A stretch of DNA of 64,000 bases from positions 448,001-512,000 of the forward strand of contig CAWFKH010000003.1 in the NCBI GenBank assembly GCA_963816355.1, written 5' to 3'. Below are positions 13,068 to 23,080 of the stretch, piece after piece. The stretch's first letter is position 1; each line of letters opens with the position of its first letter. The DNA comes from an uncultured Gemmatimonadales bacterium. GTDB taxonomy: Bacteria > Gemmatimonadota > Gemmatimonadetes > Longimicrobiales > RSA9. A model generated the notes under the pieces. The model saw only the letters and a program-made list of their open reading frames with translations. It was not told where the DNA came from and made no database searches. A program made the translations under genes and the position numbers.

Positions 13068-13829
13068 GTGGTCGGAATCGATCTGAGCGGCAGGCAGGCA
13101 CTGGTGACCGGCGGCTCGCGCGGCGTCGGCCACGCGATCGCGCTCCTCCTCGCGCAGGCGGGGGCCGACGTCGCGATCACGTACGAGCGGCGCGGCGAGG
13201 CCGCGCGGGCCGTGGTCGAGGAGCTGCAGGCGCTGGGCGTGCGCGCCTTCGCCGAGGGCGGCGACCTCGCCGACGGCGCCGTCGTCGACGCGATCTTCGC
13301 GCGGCTGGCCGAGGAGTGGGGCGGCCTCGACTTCTTCATCGGGAACGCCGGCGTATGGCCGCCGGAGGACGTCCCGATCGCCGAGATGTCGGACGCGCAG
13401 TGGCGCCGCACCCTCGCGGTGAACCTGGACGGCGTCTTCTACGGCACGCGGGCCGCCGCGCGCGTGCTGCGCGACCACGGCCGCATCGTGTTGATCGGCT
13501 CGACGGCAGGGCAGCGCGGCGAGGCGAACCATGCCGACTACGCGGCGACGAAGGGGGCGGTGATCTCGCTCGTCAAGGGGGTCGCGGTGGAGCTGGCGCC
13601 GCGCGACATCACGGTGAACTGCGTGGCGCCAGGCTGGATCGACACCGAGATGGCGGCGCTCCCTTACGCCGGCGCGGGGCGGGACAGGATCGAGCGGGGG
13701 ATCCCCCTCGGCCGCGTGGCCACTCCGGACGACATCGCCGGACCCGTGCTCTTCCTCTGCTCCCGGCTCGGTCGCCACATCACCGGCGAGATCGTCAACG
13801 TGAACGGCGGCGCGGTCCTGTGCGGGTGA
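13068..13829 (+). CDS. Short-chain dehydrogenase/reductase (FabG-like)
   Basis: TGGSRGVG, NAG, YAATK, APGWIDT. Confidence 0.93.
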   Translation: MVGIDLSGRQALVTGGSRGVGHAIALLLAQAGADVAITYERRGEAARAVVEELQALGVRAFAEGGDLADGAVVDAIFARLAEEWGGLDFFIGNAGVWPPEDVPIAEMSDAQWRRTLAVNLDGVFYGTRAAARVLRDHGRIVLIGSTAGQRGEANHADYAATKGAVISLVKGVAVELAPRDITVNCVAPGWIDTEMAALPYAGAGRDRIERGIPLGRVATPDDIAGPVLFLCSRLGRHITGEIVNVNGGAVLCG

Positions 13830-13905
13830 GCCGTGCCGCGCCCGCCGCACCGCAGCTCGCGCGCGGCGGGGCGCGAGCCGGCGCGGCGTCGCGGCTGAGC
13901 GCGCG

Positions 13906-15246
13906 ATGAAGCTGGACGTTCCGGACGAGGTCGTCGCGATCACGCGGCGACTGGAGGAAGCGGGCCACTCGACCTGGGCGGTGGGCGGTGCGGTCCGGGA
14001 CGCCGTGCTCGACCTCCCCTCCGGCGACTGGGACCTGGCCACCGCCGCGCGGCCGAAGACGGTGCGCCGCCTCTTCCGTCGTACGGTTCCGATCGGCATC
14101 GAGCACGGCACCGTCGGCGTCCTGGGCCGCGACGGCGTCCTCTACGAGGTCACGACGTTCCGGCGCGACGTGGAGACGTTCGGCCGCCACGCCGTGGTCG
14201 AGTTCGCGGACCGCGTCGAGGAGGACCTCGGGCGCCGCGACTTCACCTGCAACGCGATCGCCTGGCACCCGCTGAGCGCGGAGCTGCGCGACCCGTACGG
14301 CGGCGTCGAGGACCTTCACGCGGGGCGGCTACGCACCGTCGGCGCGCCCGCGGCACGTTTCGCCGAGGACTACCTCCGTGTGTTGCGGGCGCTCCGCTTC
14401 GCGGGGCATTTCGCGCTCGAGATCGAGGCGGAGACGTGGAACGCGCTCGTCGCCGCGCTGCCCTTTCTCGACGAGCTGTCGGCCGAGCGCGTGCGCGAGG
14501 AGCTGTGGAAGGTGCTCGCCAAGACCGAGCGCGCCTCCACCACGCTCTCCCTGTACGCCGCGGCCGGGGTCACCGAGCGCCTCTACCCCGAGCTCGTGCC
14601 CCTCCTCCACATCGACGCCCCCGCCGGCCACGCGTTCGACGCCTGGGCCGAGAGCCTCCTCGCCGTCGACGCGATCCCGACCTCGCGACCGCTGCTGCGC
14701 CTCGCCGCCCTGCTCCACGCCGTCGGCATGCCCGGCGCCCGCACCCGCGACCTGCGCGGCGGCTGGCGCTACACCGGCCACCCCCTCACCGGTGCGACGA
14801 TCGCCGAGAAGATCCTGCGCCGCCTCCGCTTCGCGAACGCCGAGATCGAGCGCGTCGGCCGCCTCGTGCGGCTCCAGGAGGACCTCTTCCCGCCCGACGC
14901 GCCGCCGCCGCTCGTGCGCCGCTGGCTGCGCCACGTCGGGCCGGACCTCGCCTTCGACCTCGTCCGCCTGCGCATCGCGCTGCAGCGCGCCAACCCCGCA
15001 CGCCCGCGCGGGGGCGCCGACGTGATCGAGCGATGGCGCGCAATGCATGCCGAGCGGCTGCGTCACCCGCCGTTGCGGCTCGCCGACCTCGCCCTCCGCG
15101 GCGATGACCTGATCCGCCTGGGCCTGCGGCCGGGGCCGCGCTTCGGCGAGATCCTGGAGGCGCTGCTCTCCCGCGTCGTGGACGACCCGTCGCTGAACAC
15201 GCGCGAGCGGCTGATCGCGTTCGTGCGCGAGGAGCTCGCGACGTGA
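13906..15246 (+). CDS. cca: tRNA nucleotidyltransferase (class II CCA-adding/polyA polymerase family)
   Basis: GGAVRD, DWD, EVTTFR, RRDFTCNA, EDYLRVLR, PGPRFGEIL. Confidence 0.88.
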   Translation: MKLDVPDEVVAITRRLEEAGHSTWAVGGAVRDAVLDLPSGDWDLATAARPKTVRRLFRRTVPIGIEHGTVGVLGRDGVLYEVTTFRRDVETFGRHAVVEFADRVEEDLGRRDFTCNAIAWHPLSAELRDPYGGVEDLHAGRLRTVGAPAARFAEDYLRVLRALRFAGHFALEIEAETWNALVAALPFLDELSAERVREELWKVLAKTERASTTLSLYAAAGVTERLYPELVPLLHIDAPAGHAFDAWAESLLAVDAIPTSRPLLRLAALLHAVGMPGARTRDLRGGWRYTGHPLTGATIAEKILRRLRFANAEIERVGRLVRLQEDLFPPDAPPPLVRRWLRHVGPDLAFDLVRLRIALQRANPARPRGGADVIERWRAMHAERLRHPPLRLADLALRGDDLIRLGLRPGPRFGEILEALLSRVVDDPSLNTRERLIAFVREELAT

Positions 15247-15962
15247 ACGCGCCGTTGCTCGGCGCCGTCGTCGTGGCGATCGCGAACATCCTCGGCGGCG
15301 TGCTCGTCACGGTGCACCTGCGCGGGCGCGACGCACCGCTGCGCGTCCTCGTCGCCTTCGGCGGCGGCTTCATGCTGGCGGTGGCCCTGCTCGAGATGCT
15401 GCCGCAGGCGGCGGCCGTTCGCGGCGGGATGACCGCGGCGTTGATCGGCTACCTCGGCGTGCACCTGACGCAGCACGTGCTGACGCCCCACTTCCATTTT
15501 GGGGAAGAGACGCACGACACCGCGATGGTGTCGCGCGGCGTCGGCGGCCTCGCGCTCGTCGGCCTGCTGCCCCACTCCTTCTTCGACGGCGTCGCGATCG
15601 CGAGCGCGTTTCTCGCCGGCCGCGAGCTGGGCGTTCTCGTCTTCCTCGCCGTGCTGCTGCACAAGGTGCCGACCGGCGTCTCGCTCGCCAGCGTCATGCT
15701 CGCGAGCGGGAACACGGCGAAGGCGGCGCTGGTAGCCGTCACCGCCGTGGGGGCGGCGACGGTGCTCGGCGCCGCCGTGACGCCGGCCGTGACGCCGCTG
15801 GCGCACTACGGCCTCGCGCTCGCCGCGGGCGTGACGATCTACGTCGCCGCCTCGAACCTCATCCCGGAAAGCCAGCGTGAGCCGGGATGGCTCGTGTCGG
15901 CGGGCGTGTTCCTGGGCGTGACCGCGTTCTGGCTGGCGCGCACGTGGCTCCCGGGGAGTTGA
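15243..15962 (+). CDS. ZIP family metal transporter
   Basis: Multiple TM helices, HFHFGEETH loop, HSFFDG and HKVPTG. Confidence 0.85.
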   Translation: MNAPLLGAVVVAIANILGGVLVTVHLRGRDAPLRVLVAFGGGFMLAVALLEMLPQAAAVRGGMTAALIGYLGVHLTQHVLTPHFHFGEETHDTAMVSRGVGGLALVGLLPHSFFDGVAIASAFLAGRELGVLVFLAVLLHKVPTGVSLASVMLASGNTAKAALVAVTAVGAATVLGAAVTPAVTPLAHYGLALAAGVTIYVAASNLIPESQREPGWLVSAGVFLGVTAFWLARTWLPGS

Positions 15963-15970
15963 GGACGAGC

Positions 15971-17383
15971 TTGGGCGAGCCGGGACTCTTCGACGGGCAG
16001 GCGAGGGACGACGCGGGCGCGGACGACGCCGCGGGCGACACTACCGGCGCGGGCGCCGCGTCCGGCCCGGATGCGGCGGCTCCGCTCGCGGCGCGCATGC
16101 GGCCTACCACCCTCGACGAATTCGTCGGGCAGGAGCACATCCTCGGCCCCGGCCGCGCGCTGCGCACGCTGATCGAGCGCGACGAGGTGGGCAGCCTCAT
16201 CCTGTGGGGACCCCCCGGAACCGGGAAGACGACCCTCGCCCGCATCATCGCCGAACGCACGCGCGCGACGTTCGTCCCCTTCAGCGCGGTCACCGAGGGC
16301 ATTCCGCGCGTACGCGAGGTGATCGCGCAGGCGGCGACTCGCCTGCGCGCCACCGGGCGCCGCACCATCCTCTTCTGCGACGAGATCCACCGCTTCAACA
16401 AGGCGCAGCAGGACGCCTTCCTGCCCCACGTCGAGGCGGGCACCATCACCCTGATCGGCGCCACCACCGAGAACCCCTCCTTCGAGGTGATCGGAGCGCT
16501 GCTCAGCCGTTCCCGCGTCTTCGTCCTCGAGCCGCTCGGAGCGGCCGATCTCGAGGCGATCCTGCGGCGCGCGCTGCAGGACGAGCAGCGCGGACTCGGC
16601 GCCCGCGCTCTCGACGTCGACGACGACGCCCTCGCCCTGCTCGCCGCGCAGGCGGACGGCGACGCGCGACGCGCGCTCAACGCGCTCGAGACCGCGGCGA
16701 CGCTCGCCGCCGGCGACGGGCGCATCGACGCGGCGCGGGTGCGGGAGGCGCTGCAGCGGCGCTTCGCGCACTACGACAAGGGCGGCGAAGAGCACTACAA
16801 CCTGATCTCGGCGCTGCACAAGGCGGTGCGGGGCAGTGATCCGCAGGGCGCGCTCTACTGGCTGGCGCGCATGCTGGAGGGCGGGGAGGACCCGCTCTAC
16901 ATCGCGCGGCGCCTCGTGCGCATGAGCATCGAGGACATCGGCCTCGCCGATCCACGCTCGCTCCAGGTCGCGCTCGGCGCGAGGGATGCGTATCACTTCC
17001 TCGGCTCCCCCGAGGGCGACCTGGCCCTCGCCGAGTGCGCGCTCTACCTGGCGACGGCGCCGAAGTCGAACCGCGCCTACGTCGGCTTCGGGCGCGCGCT
17101 CCGCTCGGCGCGGGAGAGCCCGGCCGAGCCGGTGCCGCTCCACATCCGGAACGCGCCGACACGGCTGATGAAGGAGCTCGGCTACGGCAAGGAGTACCGC
17201 TACGCGTTCGAGTCGGAGGACCATTACGCGCCGCAGGAGTATCTCCCGGATCGGCTGCGCGGCGAGCGCTACTACGAGCCGAGCGACTTCGGCTTCGAGC
17301 GACGCATCGCCGAGCGGTTGGCCTGGTGGGATGAACGACGGCGAGAGGCGACCGGTGAATCGGAGGAAGACGATGATACGTAG
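15971..17383 (+). CDS. rarA: Replication-associated recombination protein A (MgsA/RarA)
   Basis: PLAARMRP, GPPGTGKTT, DEIHRFNKAQQD, GATTENPSF, EDIGLAD; TTG start after GAGGA chosen by eye. Confidence 0.95.
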   Translation: MGEPGLFDGQARDDAGADDAAGDTTGAGAASGPDAAAPLAARMRPTTLDEFVGQEHILGPGRALRTLIERDEVGSLILWGPPGTGKTTLARIIAERTRATFVPFSAVTEGIPRVREVIAQAATRLRATGRRTILFCDEIHRFNKAQQDAFLPHVEAGTITLIGATTENPSFEVIGALLSRSRVFVLEPLGAADLEAILRRALQDEQRGLGARALDVDDDALALLAAQADGDARRALNALETAATLAAGDGRIDAARVREALQRRFAHYDKGGEEHYNLISALHKAVRGSDPQGALYWLARMLEGGEDPLYIARRLVRMSIEDIGLADPRSLQVALGARDAYHFLGSPEGDLALAECALYLATAPKSNRAYVGFGRALRSARESPAEPVPLHIRNAPTRLMKELGYGKEYRYAFESEDHYAPQEYLPDRLRGERYYEPSDFGFERRIAERLAWWDERRREATGESEEDDDT

Positions 17384-17843
17384 GAGATGGGGACCGATCT
17401 CGATCGTGGCGCTGGCCCTCCTCACGGCCTGCGCCGGCTTCAAACAGCCGGAAGTGCGCGTCGAGGGGATGAGGCTGGGCGCCCTCGGGCTGCAGGGAGG
17501 GACACTGCTCGTGCAGCTCTTCGTGCGCAACCCGAACGGCTACGAGTTGCGCACCTCCAAGCTCGGCTACCACATCGAGTTGCGGGACGTTACGAGCGGG
17601 CAGGAGCGGTGGATCGACTTCGCCGCCGGCGACTACGTCGGCGACGTGCGCGTCGCCGCTCATGACAGCAGCGTCGTCCAGGTCCCGGTCCAGTTCACCT
17701 ACGCCGGCGCCGGCAGCGTGGTCCGGCAGGTGTTGCAGACCGGCTCGTTCGAGTACCGGATCAGCGGCGACGTCGCCGTCGAGCGGCCCGTCTCGCGCAG
17801 CGTCCCGTTCCGCCGCACCGGAACCGTCGTCGTCGGAAGCTGA
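17373..17843 (+). CDS. LEA_2/WHy-domain lipoprotein
   Basis: Lipobox LLTAC, VRNPNG motif. Confidence 0.8.
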   Translation: MIRRRWGPISIVALALLTACAGFKQPEVRVEGMRLGALGLQGGTLLVQLFVRNPNGYELRTSKLGYHIELRDVTSGQERWIDFAAGDYVGDVRVAAHDSSVVQVPVQFTYAGAGSVVRQVLQTGSFEYRISGDVAVERPVSRSVPFRRTGTVVVGS

Positions 17844-17999
17844 GGGCGGGCTCACGCGACGGCCGGCCGCCGCGCCGCAGGGCCTGGCCGCCTCGCCGCA
17901 TCGGCCGCGAGCGGAAGCGGCAGCGGACGCCCGAACCGGCCACGCCAGGCGGGGTACCATGAGCGACAACGACAACGGAGGATTGAAGCCATAGACCGG

Positions 18000-19289
18000 A
18001 TGGTATCGCTGGAGCCGCCGCTGGAGCGTGCGGTCCTCGTCGGCGCGCCCGACCGTGAGACCGAGACTCGCGTCGCCTCCGAGCACCTGGAGGAGCTCGG
18101 TCGCCTCGCCGACACGGCGGGCGCGGAGGTTTCGGCGACGCTCGTGCAGCGGCTCGACTCGCCGCACCCCCGCCTCTACATCGGGGAAGGGAAGGCGCAG
18201 GAGCTGAAACGGGAGGTCGACGCGGCGGACGCCACGCTCGTCATCTTCGACGAAGATCTTTCGCCGGCGCAGGGGAAGAACCTGGAAGACTTCCTCGGCA
18301 CTCGCGTCATGGACCGGACGGAGCTGATCCTCGACATCTTCTCCACCCGCGCGCGCACCGCCGAGGCGCAGATGCAGGTCGAGCTCGCGCAGCTCAAGTA
18401 CATGCTGCCGCGGCTGAAACGGATGTGGACCCACCTCTCGCGCATTCGTGGCGGCATCGGGCTGCGCGGTCCGGGCGAGACGCAGCTCGAGACGGATCGC
18501 CGCATCATCAGCCGCCGCATCCGCGACCTGCAGGGGAAGCTCGAGATCGTCGCGCGCCGCCGTGCCACGCAGCGCAAGGGCCGATCCGGTGAATTCCGCC
18601 TCGCCCTCGTCGGCTACACGAACGCCGGCAAGTCGTCGATCCTGCGCGCGCTCTCCGGCGCTGATCTCTTCGTCGAGGACCGCCTCTTCGCCACGCTCGA
18701 TCCGGCGACGCGGGCGGTCGACATCGGCGGCGGCGAGATCGTGCTGGTGACGGACACGGTCGGCTTCATCCGCAAGCTGCCGCACGACCTGGTGGCCTCC
18801 TTCCGCGCGACGCTGGAGGAGGCGCGCGAGGCGGACCTCCTGCTGCACGTCGTCGACGCGTCGCACCCCGGCTGGGAAGAGCAGAAGGAGGTGGTGGGGG
18901 AGGTGCTCCGCGAGATGGAGCTCGGCGAGCGGCCGCATCTCCTGGTCTTCAACAAGGTCGACCGCCTCACGCACGCCGAGGAGGACGCCATGCGCGAACG
19001 CGTGCGCGGCCTCTTCGCCGGGCCGGCCGTGCTCGTCTCCGCCCACGAGGCGGGCGGCCTCGACGAGCTGCGCGCGGCCCTGCTCGCGGCGGTGCGCGCC
19101 CGGCGCCCGGAGGTCCGCGTGCGCATCTCCGCCGCCGATGGCGAGACGCTCGCCGCGATCTACCGCGAGGGGGAGGTGCTGAGCCGCGTGCAGCACGACT
19201 CGAGCATCGACGTCCTGGCGCGCCTGCCCGCCGCGACGCTCGGCCGGCTCCAGAGCCGCCGCCTGATCGAGGTCCTCGAAGTCGCGTGA
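18000..19289 (+). CDS. hflX: Ribosome-splitting GTPase HflX (true start possibly ATA at 17991)
   Basis: RGPGETQLE, GYTNAGKS, LFATLD, DTVGFI, NKVD. Confidence 0.96.
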   Translation: MVSLEPPLERAVLVGAPDRETETRVASEHLEELGRLADTAGAEVSATLVQRLDSPHPRLYIGEGKAQELKREVDAADATLVIFDEDLSPAQGKNLEDFLGTRVMDRTELILDIFSTRARTAEAQMQVELAQLKYMLPRLKRMWTHLSRIRGGIGLRGPGETQLETDRRIISRRIRDLQGKLEIVARRRATQRKGRSGEFRLALVGYTNAGKSSILRALSGADLFVEDRLFATLDPATRAVDIGGGEIVLVTDTVGFIRKLPHDLVASFRATLEEAREADLLLHVVDASHPGWEEQKEVVGEVLREMELGERPHLLVFNKVDRLTHAEEDAMRERVRGLFAGPAVLVSAHEAGGLDELRAALLAAVRARRPEVRVRISAADGETLAAIYREGEVLSRVQHDSSIDVLARLPAATLGRLQSRRLIEVLEVA

Positions 19290-20149
19290 ACGACCGCGTC
19301 GTCATCGTGGGGCCCGGCCGCGCCGGTCTCGCGCTCGGCAGCGCGCTGGCCGAGGCCGGCGCGGTCGAGCGGCTGACCTTCTTCGGCCGCTCGCTGGAGC
19401 CGCCGCCGCACCCGCTCTTCGACAGCGCCGCGGATTACCGCGTCGGGCTGCTGCCGCTGCCCGCCGGAACCACCGTCCTCCTCCTCGCCGTGCCGGACAC
19501 CGCCCTCGCGGAAGTCACGCACGACATCGCCGCGACCGGCCCCGCGCCGCCTGGCTGCAGCGCGTTCCACCTGTCCGGCGCGCTGTCGACGGAGGTGCTC
19601 GGTCCGCTGCACGCCCGCGGCTACGCGACCGGATCACTCCACCCGCTGCAGTCGATCGCCGATCCCTGGTCGGGCGGCCAGCGGCTCATCGGGTCCGCCT
19701 TCGCGCTGGCCGGCGAGCCGTCGGCGGTCGCGGCGGCGCGGCGCCTCGTTCTCGCGCTCGGTGGCCGCACGCTCGTGATCCCGCCGATCTTCCGCCCGCT
19801 CTACCACGCGGCCGCGACGAGCGCGTCGAACTACATCGTGGCCCTCGTCGCCTTCGGAGTGCGGCTCCTCAGCGCGGCGGGCATCGCCGAGGGCGACGCG
19901 CTGGCGGCCCTGCTGCCACTGATGCGCGGCACGCTCGACAACCTCGAACAGCTCGGACTCGCCGCGGCGCTCACGGGACCGATCGCGCGCGGCGATGTCG
20001 ACACCGTGCGGCTCCACCTCGCCGGTTTGTCGGCGGAGGACCGGCCGCTATATTGCGCGCTCGGCCGCGAGACGCTCCGTCTAGCGCGGGGCCTGGGGCT
20101 GGACCCTCGCCGCGCCGACGAGCTCGATGCGCTCCTTTCGCGAACCTGA
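19286..20149 (+). CDS. Rossmann-like/DUF2520 oxidoreductase (PanG-like)
   Basis: GPGRAG, HLSGA, LHPLQS, YHAAA, LTGPIARGD. Confidence 0.85.
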   Translation: MNDRVVIVGPGRAGLALGSALAEAGAVERLTFFGRSLEPPPHPLFDSAADYRVGLLPLPAGTTVLLLAVPDTALAEVTHDIAATGPAPPGCSAFHLSGALSTEVLGPLHARGYATGSLHPLQSIADPWSGGQRLIGSAFALAGEPSAVAAARRLVLALGGRTLVIPPIFRPLYHAAATSASNYIVALVAFGVRLLSAAGIAEGDALAALLPLMRGTLDNLEQLGLAAALTGPIARGDVDTVRLHLAGLSAEDRPLYCALGRETLRLARGLGLDPRRADELDALLSRT

Positions 20150-20176
20150 CCCCGTTCCGATACCGACGACGCCGGC

Positions 20177-20944
20177 ATGCGCCTGCACATCAATATCGAC
20201 CACGTCGCCACCGTCCGGCAGGCTCGCCGCACCGACGAGCCGGACCCCGTCCGCGCGGCGGTCTTCGCCGAGCTGGGCGGCGCCGACGGCATCACGGTCC
20301 ACCTCCGCGAGGACCGCCGCCACATCCAGGACCGCGACGTCCGCCTCCTCGCCGAGACGATCCGAACCGGCCTCAACTTCGAGCTCGCCGCGAACGAGGA
20401 GATCGTCGCCCTCGCACTCGAGGTGGCACCGCTGGCCGCCACGCTCGTCCCGGAACGGCGCGAGGAGGTGACGACGGAGGGCGGCCTCGCGCTCGCTGAC
20501 GCCTCGCAGCGCCGCCGCGTCGCCGACGCCGCCGGCCGCCTGCGCGACGGCGCGATCCGCACCTCCCTCTTCATCGACCCCGACGCGGCGACGATCGAGG
20601 TCGCCGCCGACCTGGGCGTCGATGCGATCGAGCTCCACACCGGAGAGTACGCGAACGCGAAGCTGCGCCGGAGCGGCGATGCCGGTCGGGCAGCCGCCGA
20701 GCTCGGCCGCCTCGAGCGGGCCGCCGCGCACGCTCGCTCGCTCGGACTCGACGTCCACGCCGGCCACGGGCTCACCTACGAGAACGTCGCGTCGGTCGCC
20801 GCGATCGAAGCGATCGAGGAGCTGAACATCGGCCATAGCGTGGTCAGCCGTGCCGTCCTGGTGGGGATGGAGCGGGCCGTGCGCGAGATGAGGCGCGCCG
20901 TCCTCGCCGCGCGCGCGCCCGGAGCGGGGCCCGGCGCTCCATGA
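20177..20944 (+). CDS. pdxJ: Pyridoxine 5'-phosphate synthase
   Basis: [37 protein letters not shown]. Confidence 0.97.
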   Translation: MRLHINIDHVATVRQARRTDEPDPVRAAVFAELGGADGITVHLREDRRHIQDRDVRLLAETIRTGLNFELAANEEIVALALEVAPLAATLVPERREEVTTEGGLALADASQRRRVADAAGRLRDGAIRTSLFIDPDAATIEVAADLGVDAIELHTGEYANAKLRRSGDAGRAAAELGRLERAAAHARSLGLDVHAGHGLTYENVASVAAIEAIEELNIGHSVVSRAVLVGMERAVREMRRAVLAARAPGAGPGAP

Positions 20945-22029
20945 GCGCACCCGCTCGACGAAAGCGACGCATCGACTGGAAGAGCATCCTCGGCTTCGCC
21001 GTCAGCATCTTCTTCCTCTACATCGCCCTGCGCAACGTCGACGCCGTGCAGGTGCTGCGCGAGATCCGCGGCGCGAACCCCTGGTGGCTCCTGCTGGCCG
21101 CCGCGACCGCGACCGGAACGATCGCCGTTCGGGCGTGGCGCTGGATGCCGATCCTCGAGCCGGTCCTGCCGCGCTCCGCCTTCCGCTCGCGCTTCGCCGC
21201 CACGTTCATCCGCTTCGCGGCCAACAACCTGATCCCCGCCCGCGTCGGCGAGTTCGCGGGTGCGTACGCGCTCTCACGCATGGAACCGATCAGCGCCAGC
21301 GCATCGTTCGGCTCCCTCGTGGTCGAGCGCGTGCTTGACGCGCTGATGGTGGTCGGCATCCTCTTCGTCTCGACCGAGCTGCCCGGGTTCCCGGGCGGCA
21401 GCCTCGCCGGCTCCGACATCACGCACATCGCGCGTGTCGTGCTCGCCGCGGTGCTCGCCGTCACGCTGGCGCTGTTCCTCGTCGTGCACTGGCCGCGCCG
21501 CGCGCTCGCCCTCGTCGACTCGATCTCCGCGCGCCTGCTCCCGGAGAGCGCCCACCGCCGCCTCGTCGACTCGCTGCAGGCGTTCCTCGAGGGCGTCGGC
21601 TCGCTGCGGCAGCCCCGGCTGCTCTTCTCCGCGGTCGTCGCCTCGCTCGTCGTCTGGCTCGTCAGCGCGTTTTCCTTCGTCTTCGCGCTGCTCGCCTTCG
21701 GAATCCAGGTGCCGCTGCTCCCGGCCTCGCTCTTCCTCCAGTCGACGATCGCGCTCGCCGTCGCGATCCCCGCGGCGCCCGGCTTCTTCGGCGTCTTCGA
21801 GGGCGCGGCGCGCTTCGGCCTCGTCCAACTTTGGGGCGTCGAGGTGAACAAGGCGGTCGGCTTCGCGATCGGCATGCACCTCGTCGGCTTCATCCCCGTC
21901 ACCCTGATCGGCCTCTACTACTTCGGCCGCCTCGGTCTGTCGCTGCGCGAGGTGGAAGCCACCGAGGAGATCGTCGAGCGCGCCGTCGAGGTGGAAGCGG
22001 CGCGCCACGCCGGACCCGGCGACGGATGA
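20941..22029 (+). CDS. Lysylphosphatidylglycerol synthase TM / flippase-like membrane protein
   Basis: [29 protein letters not shown]. Confidence 0.85.
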   Translation: MSAPARRKRRIDWKSILGFAVSIFFLYIALRNVDAVQVLREIRGANPWWLLLAAATATGTIAVRAWRWMPILEPVLPRSAFRSRFAATFIRFAANNLIPARVGEFAGAYALSRMEPISASASFGSLVVERVLDALMVVGILFVSTELPGFPGGSLAGSDITHIARVVLAAVLAVTLALFLVVHWPRRALALVDSISARLLPESAHRRLVDSLQAFLEGVGSLRQPRLLFSAVVASLVVWLVSAFSFVFALLAFGIQVPLLPASLFLQSTIALAVAIPAAPGFFGVFEGAARFGLVQLWGVEVNKAVGFAIGMHLVGFIPVTLIGLYYFGRLGLSLREVEATEEIVERAVEVEAARHAGPGDG

Positions 22030-22946
22030 CCGGTCGCGTCGTTCTCGACGCCCCCGCCAAGTTCAACCCGTGGCTCCACGTCCTCGAGGCGCGCGACGAC
22101 GGCTACCACGAGCTGCGGACCCTCTTCTGCGCCCTCGAGCTCGCCGACCACCTCGACGTGCGCGGCGTGGATCGTCCCGGCGTCCGACTCCGCGTGCGCG
22201 GCGCCGACGTGGGGCCGATCGAAGCGAACCTGGTCCATCGCGCCGCGAGCGCGTTCCTCGAATCCACCGCCGCGCCCGGCGGCTGCGACATCGTGCTCGT
22301 GAAGCGCATCCCGGCCGGCGCCGGCCTCGGCGGGGGGTCGAGCGACGCCGCCGCCACGCTCCTCGCGCTCGACGCGCTGACCGGCGGCCTCCTCGGCCCC
22401 CGCCGACGCGCCGCGCTCGGCGTCGCCCTCGGTAGCGACGTCGGCTTCTTCCTGCGCCGCGCGCCGCTCGCGCTCGCCCGCGGCCGCGGCGAGCGCGTGC
22501 GGCCCATCGCGCCGCTGCCCGCGCGGCCCGCGCTCGTGGCCACGCCTCCCTTCGCCGTCGCGACCGGCGATGCGTACGCGCGCCTCGACGCCGCCCGCGC
22601 TGGCGCCGGAGCCGCCCCGCCCGCGCGCGCCGAAGCCGCCCCGCCCGCGCGCGGCGAACTGGCCCTGAACGCGCACGGCTGGGCCGCCATCGCTGCGCGC
22701 GCGGGGAACGACTTCGAGCGCGTCGTCTTCGCAATGCACCCTGCGTTGCGCGCGGCCCACGAAGCGCTGCGGAGGGCCGGCGCGGACCTCGTCCGTCTCG
22801 CGGGCAGCGGATCCTCCCTCGTCGCGCTCTTCGGGGACACCGCGTCGCGCGACGCCGCTGCGGCGCGCCTGCGCGGCGACTGCGGCGACTTCACCGTGCG
22901 TCCCACGCGGACGCTGGCGCGCTGGCCCGAGCCGCGACGGCGTTGA
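22026..22946 (+). CDS. ispE: 4-diphosphocytidyl-2-C-methyl-D-erythritol kinase
   Basis: APAKFN, DGYHEL, KRIPAGAGLGGGSSDAA, GSD, NDFE, GSGS. Confidence 0.92.
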   Translation: MTGRVVLDAPAKFNPWLHVLEARDDGYHELRTLFCALELADHLDVRGVDRPGVRLRVRGADVGPIEANLVHRAASAFLESTAAPGGCDIVLVKRIPAGAGLGGGSSDAAATLLALDALTGGLLGPRRRAALGVALGSDVGFFLRRAPLALARGRGERVRPIAPLPARPALVATPPFAVATGDAYARLDAARAGAGAAPPARAEAAPPARGELALNAHGWAAIAARAGNDFERVVFAMHPALRAAHEALRRAGADLVRLAGSGSSLVALFGDTASRDAAAARLRGDCGDFTVRPTRTLARWPEPRRR

Positions 22947-22971
22947 ACGCCCACGGGGCCGCGGTTAAACT
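22943..22971 (+). promoter_or_regulatory. Sigma70-type promoter for tRNA-Gln
   Basis: TTGAAC-N17-TAAACT ending 13 nt before the tRNA. Confidence 0.6.
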
Positions 22972-22984
22972 TCGCCGTGCCCGC

Positions 22985-23055
22985 TCCGGGGTCGTCCAAC
23001 GGCAGGACAGCGGACTTTGGATCCGCCAATGGTGGTTCGATTCCACCCCCCGGAA
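22985..23055 (+). tRNA. tRNA-Gln (TTG); CCA not encoded
   Basis: Acceptor TCCGGGG/CCCCGGA, D stem GTCC/GGAC, anticodon stem GCGGA/TCCGC with CT-TTG-GA loop, T arm GGTGG-TTCGATT-CCACC; typical ispE-tRNAGln-prs locus. Confidence 0.96.
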
Positions 23056-23080
23056 TTCCGCGAGAGAGAAGGGAGCAGCA

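Noticed and set aside
22985..23055. tRNA-Gln as an integration site
   Set aside because: No duplicated tRNA 3' end or integrase noticed downstream; core synteny continues to prs
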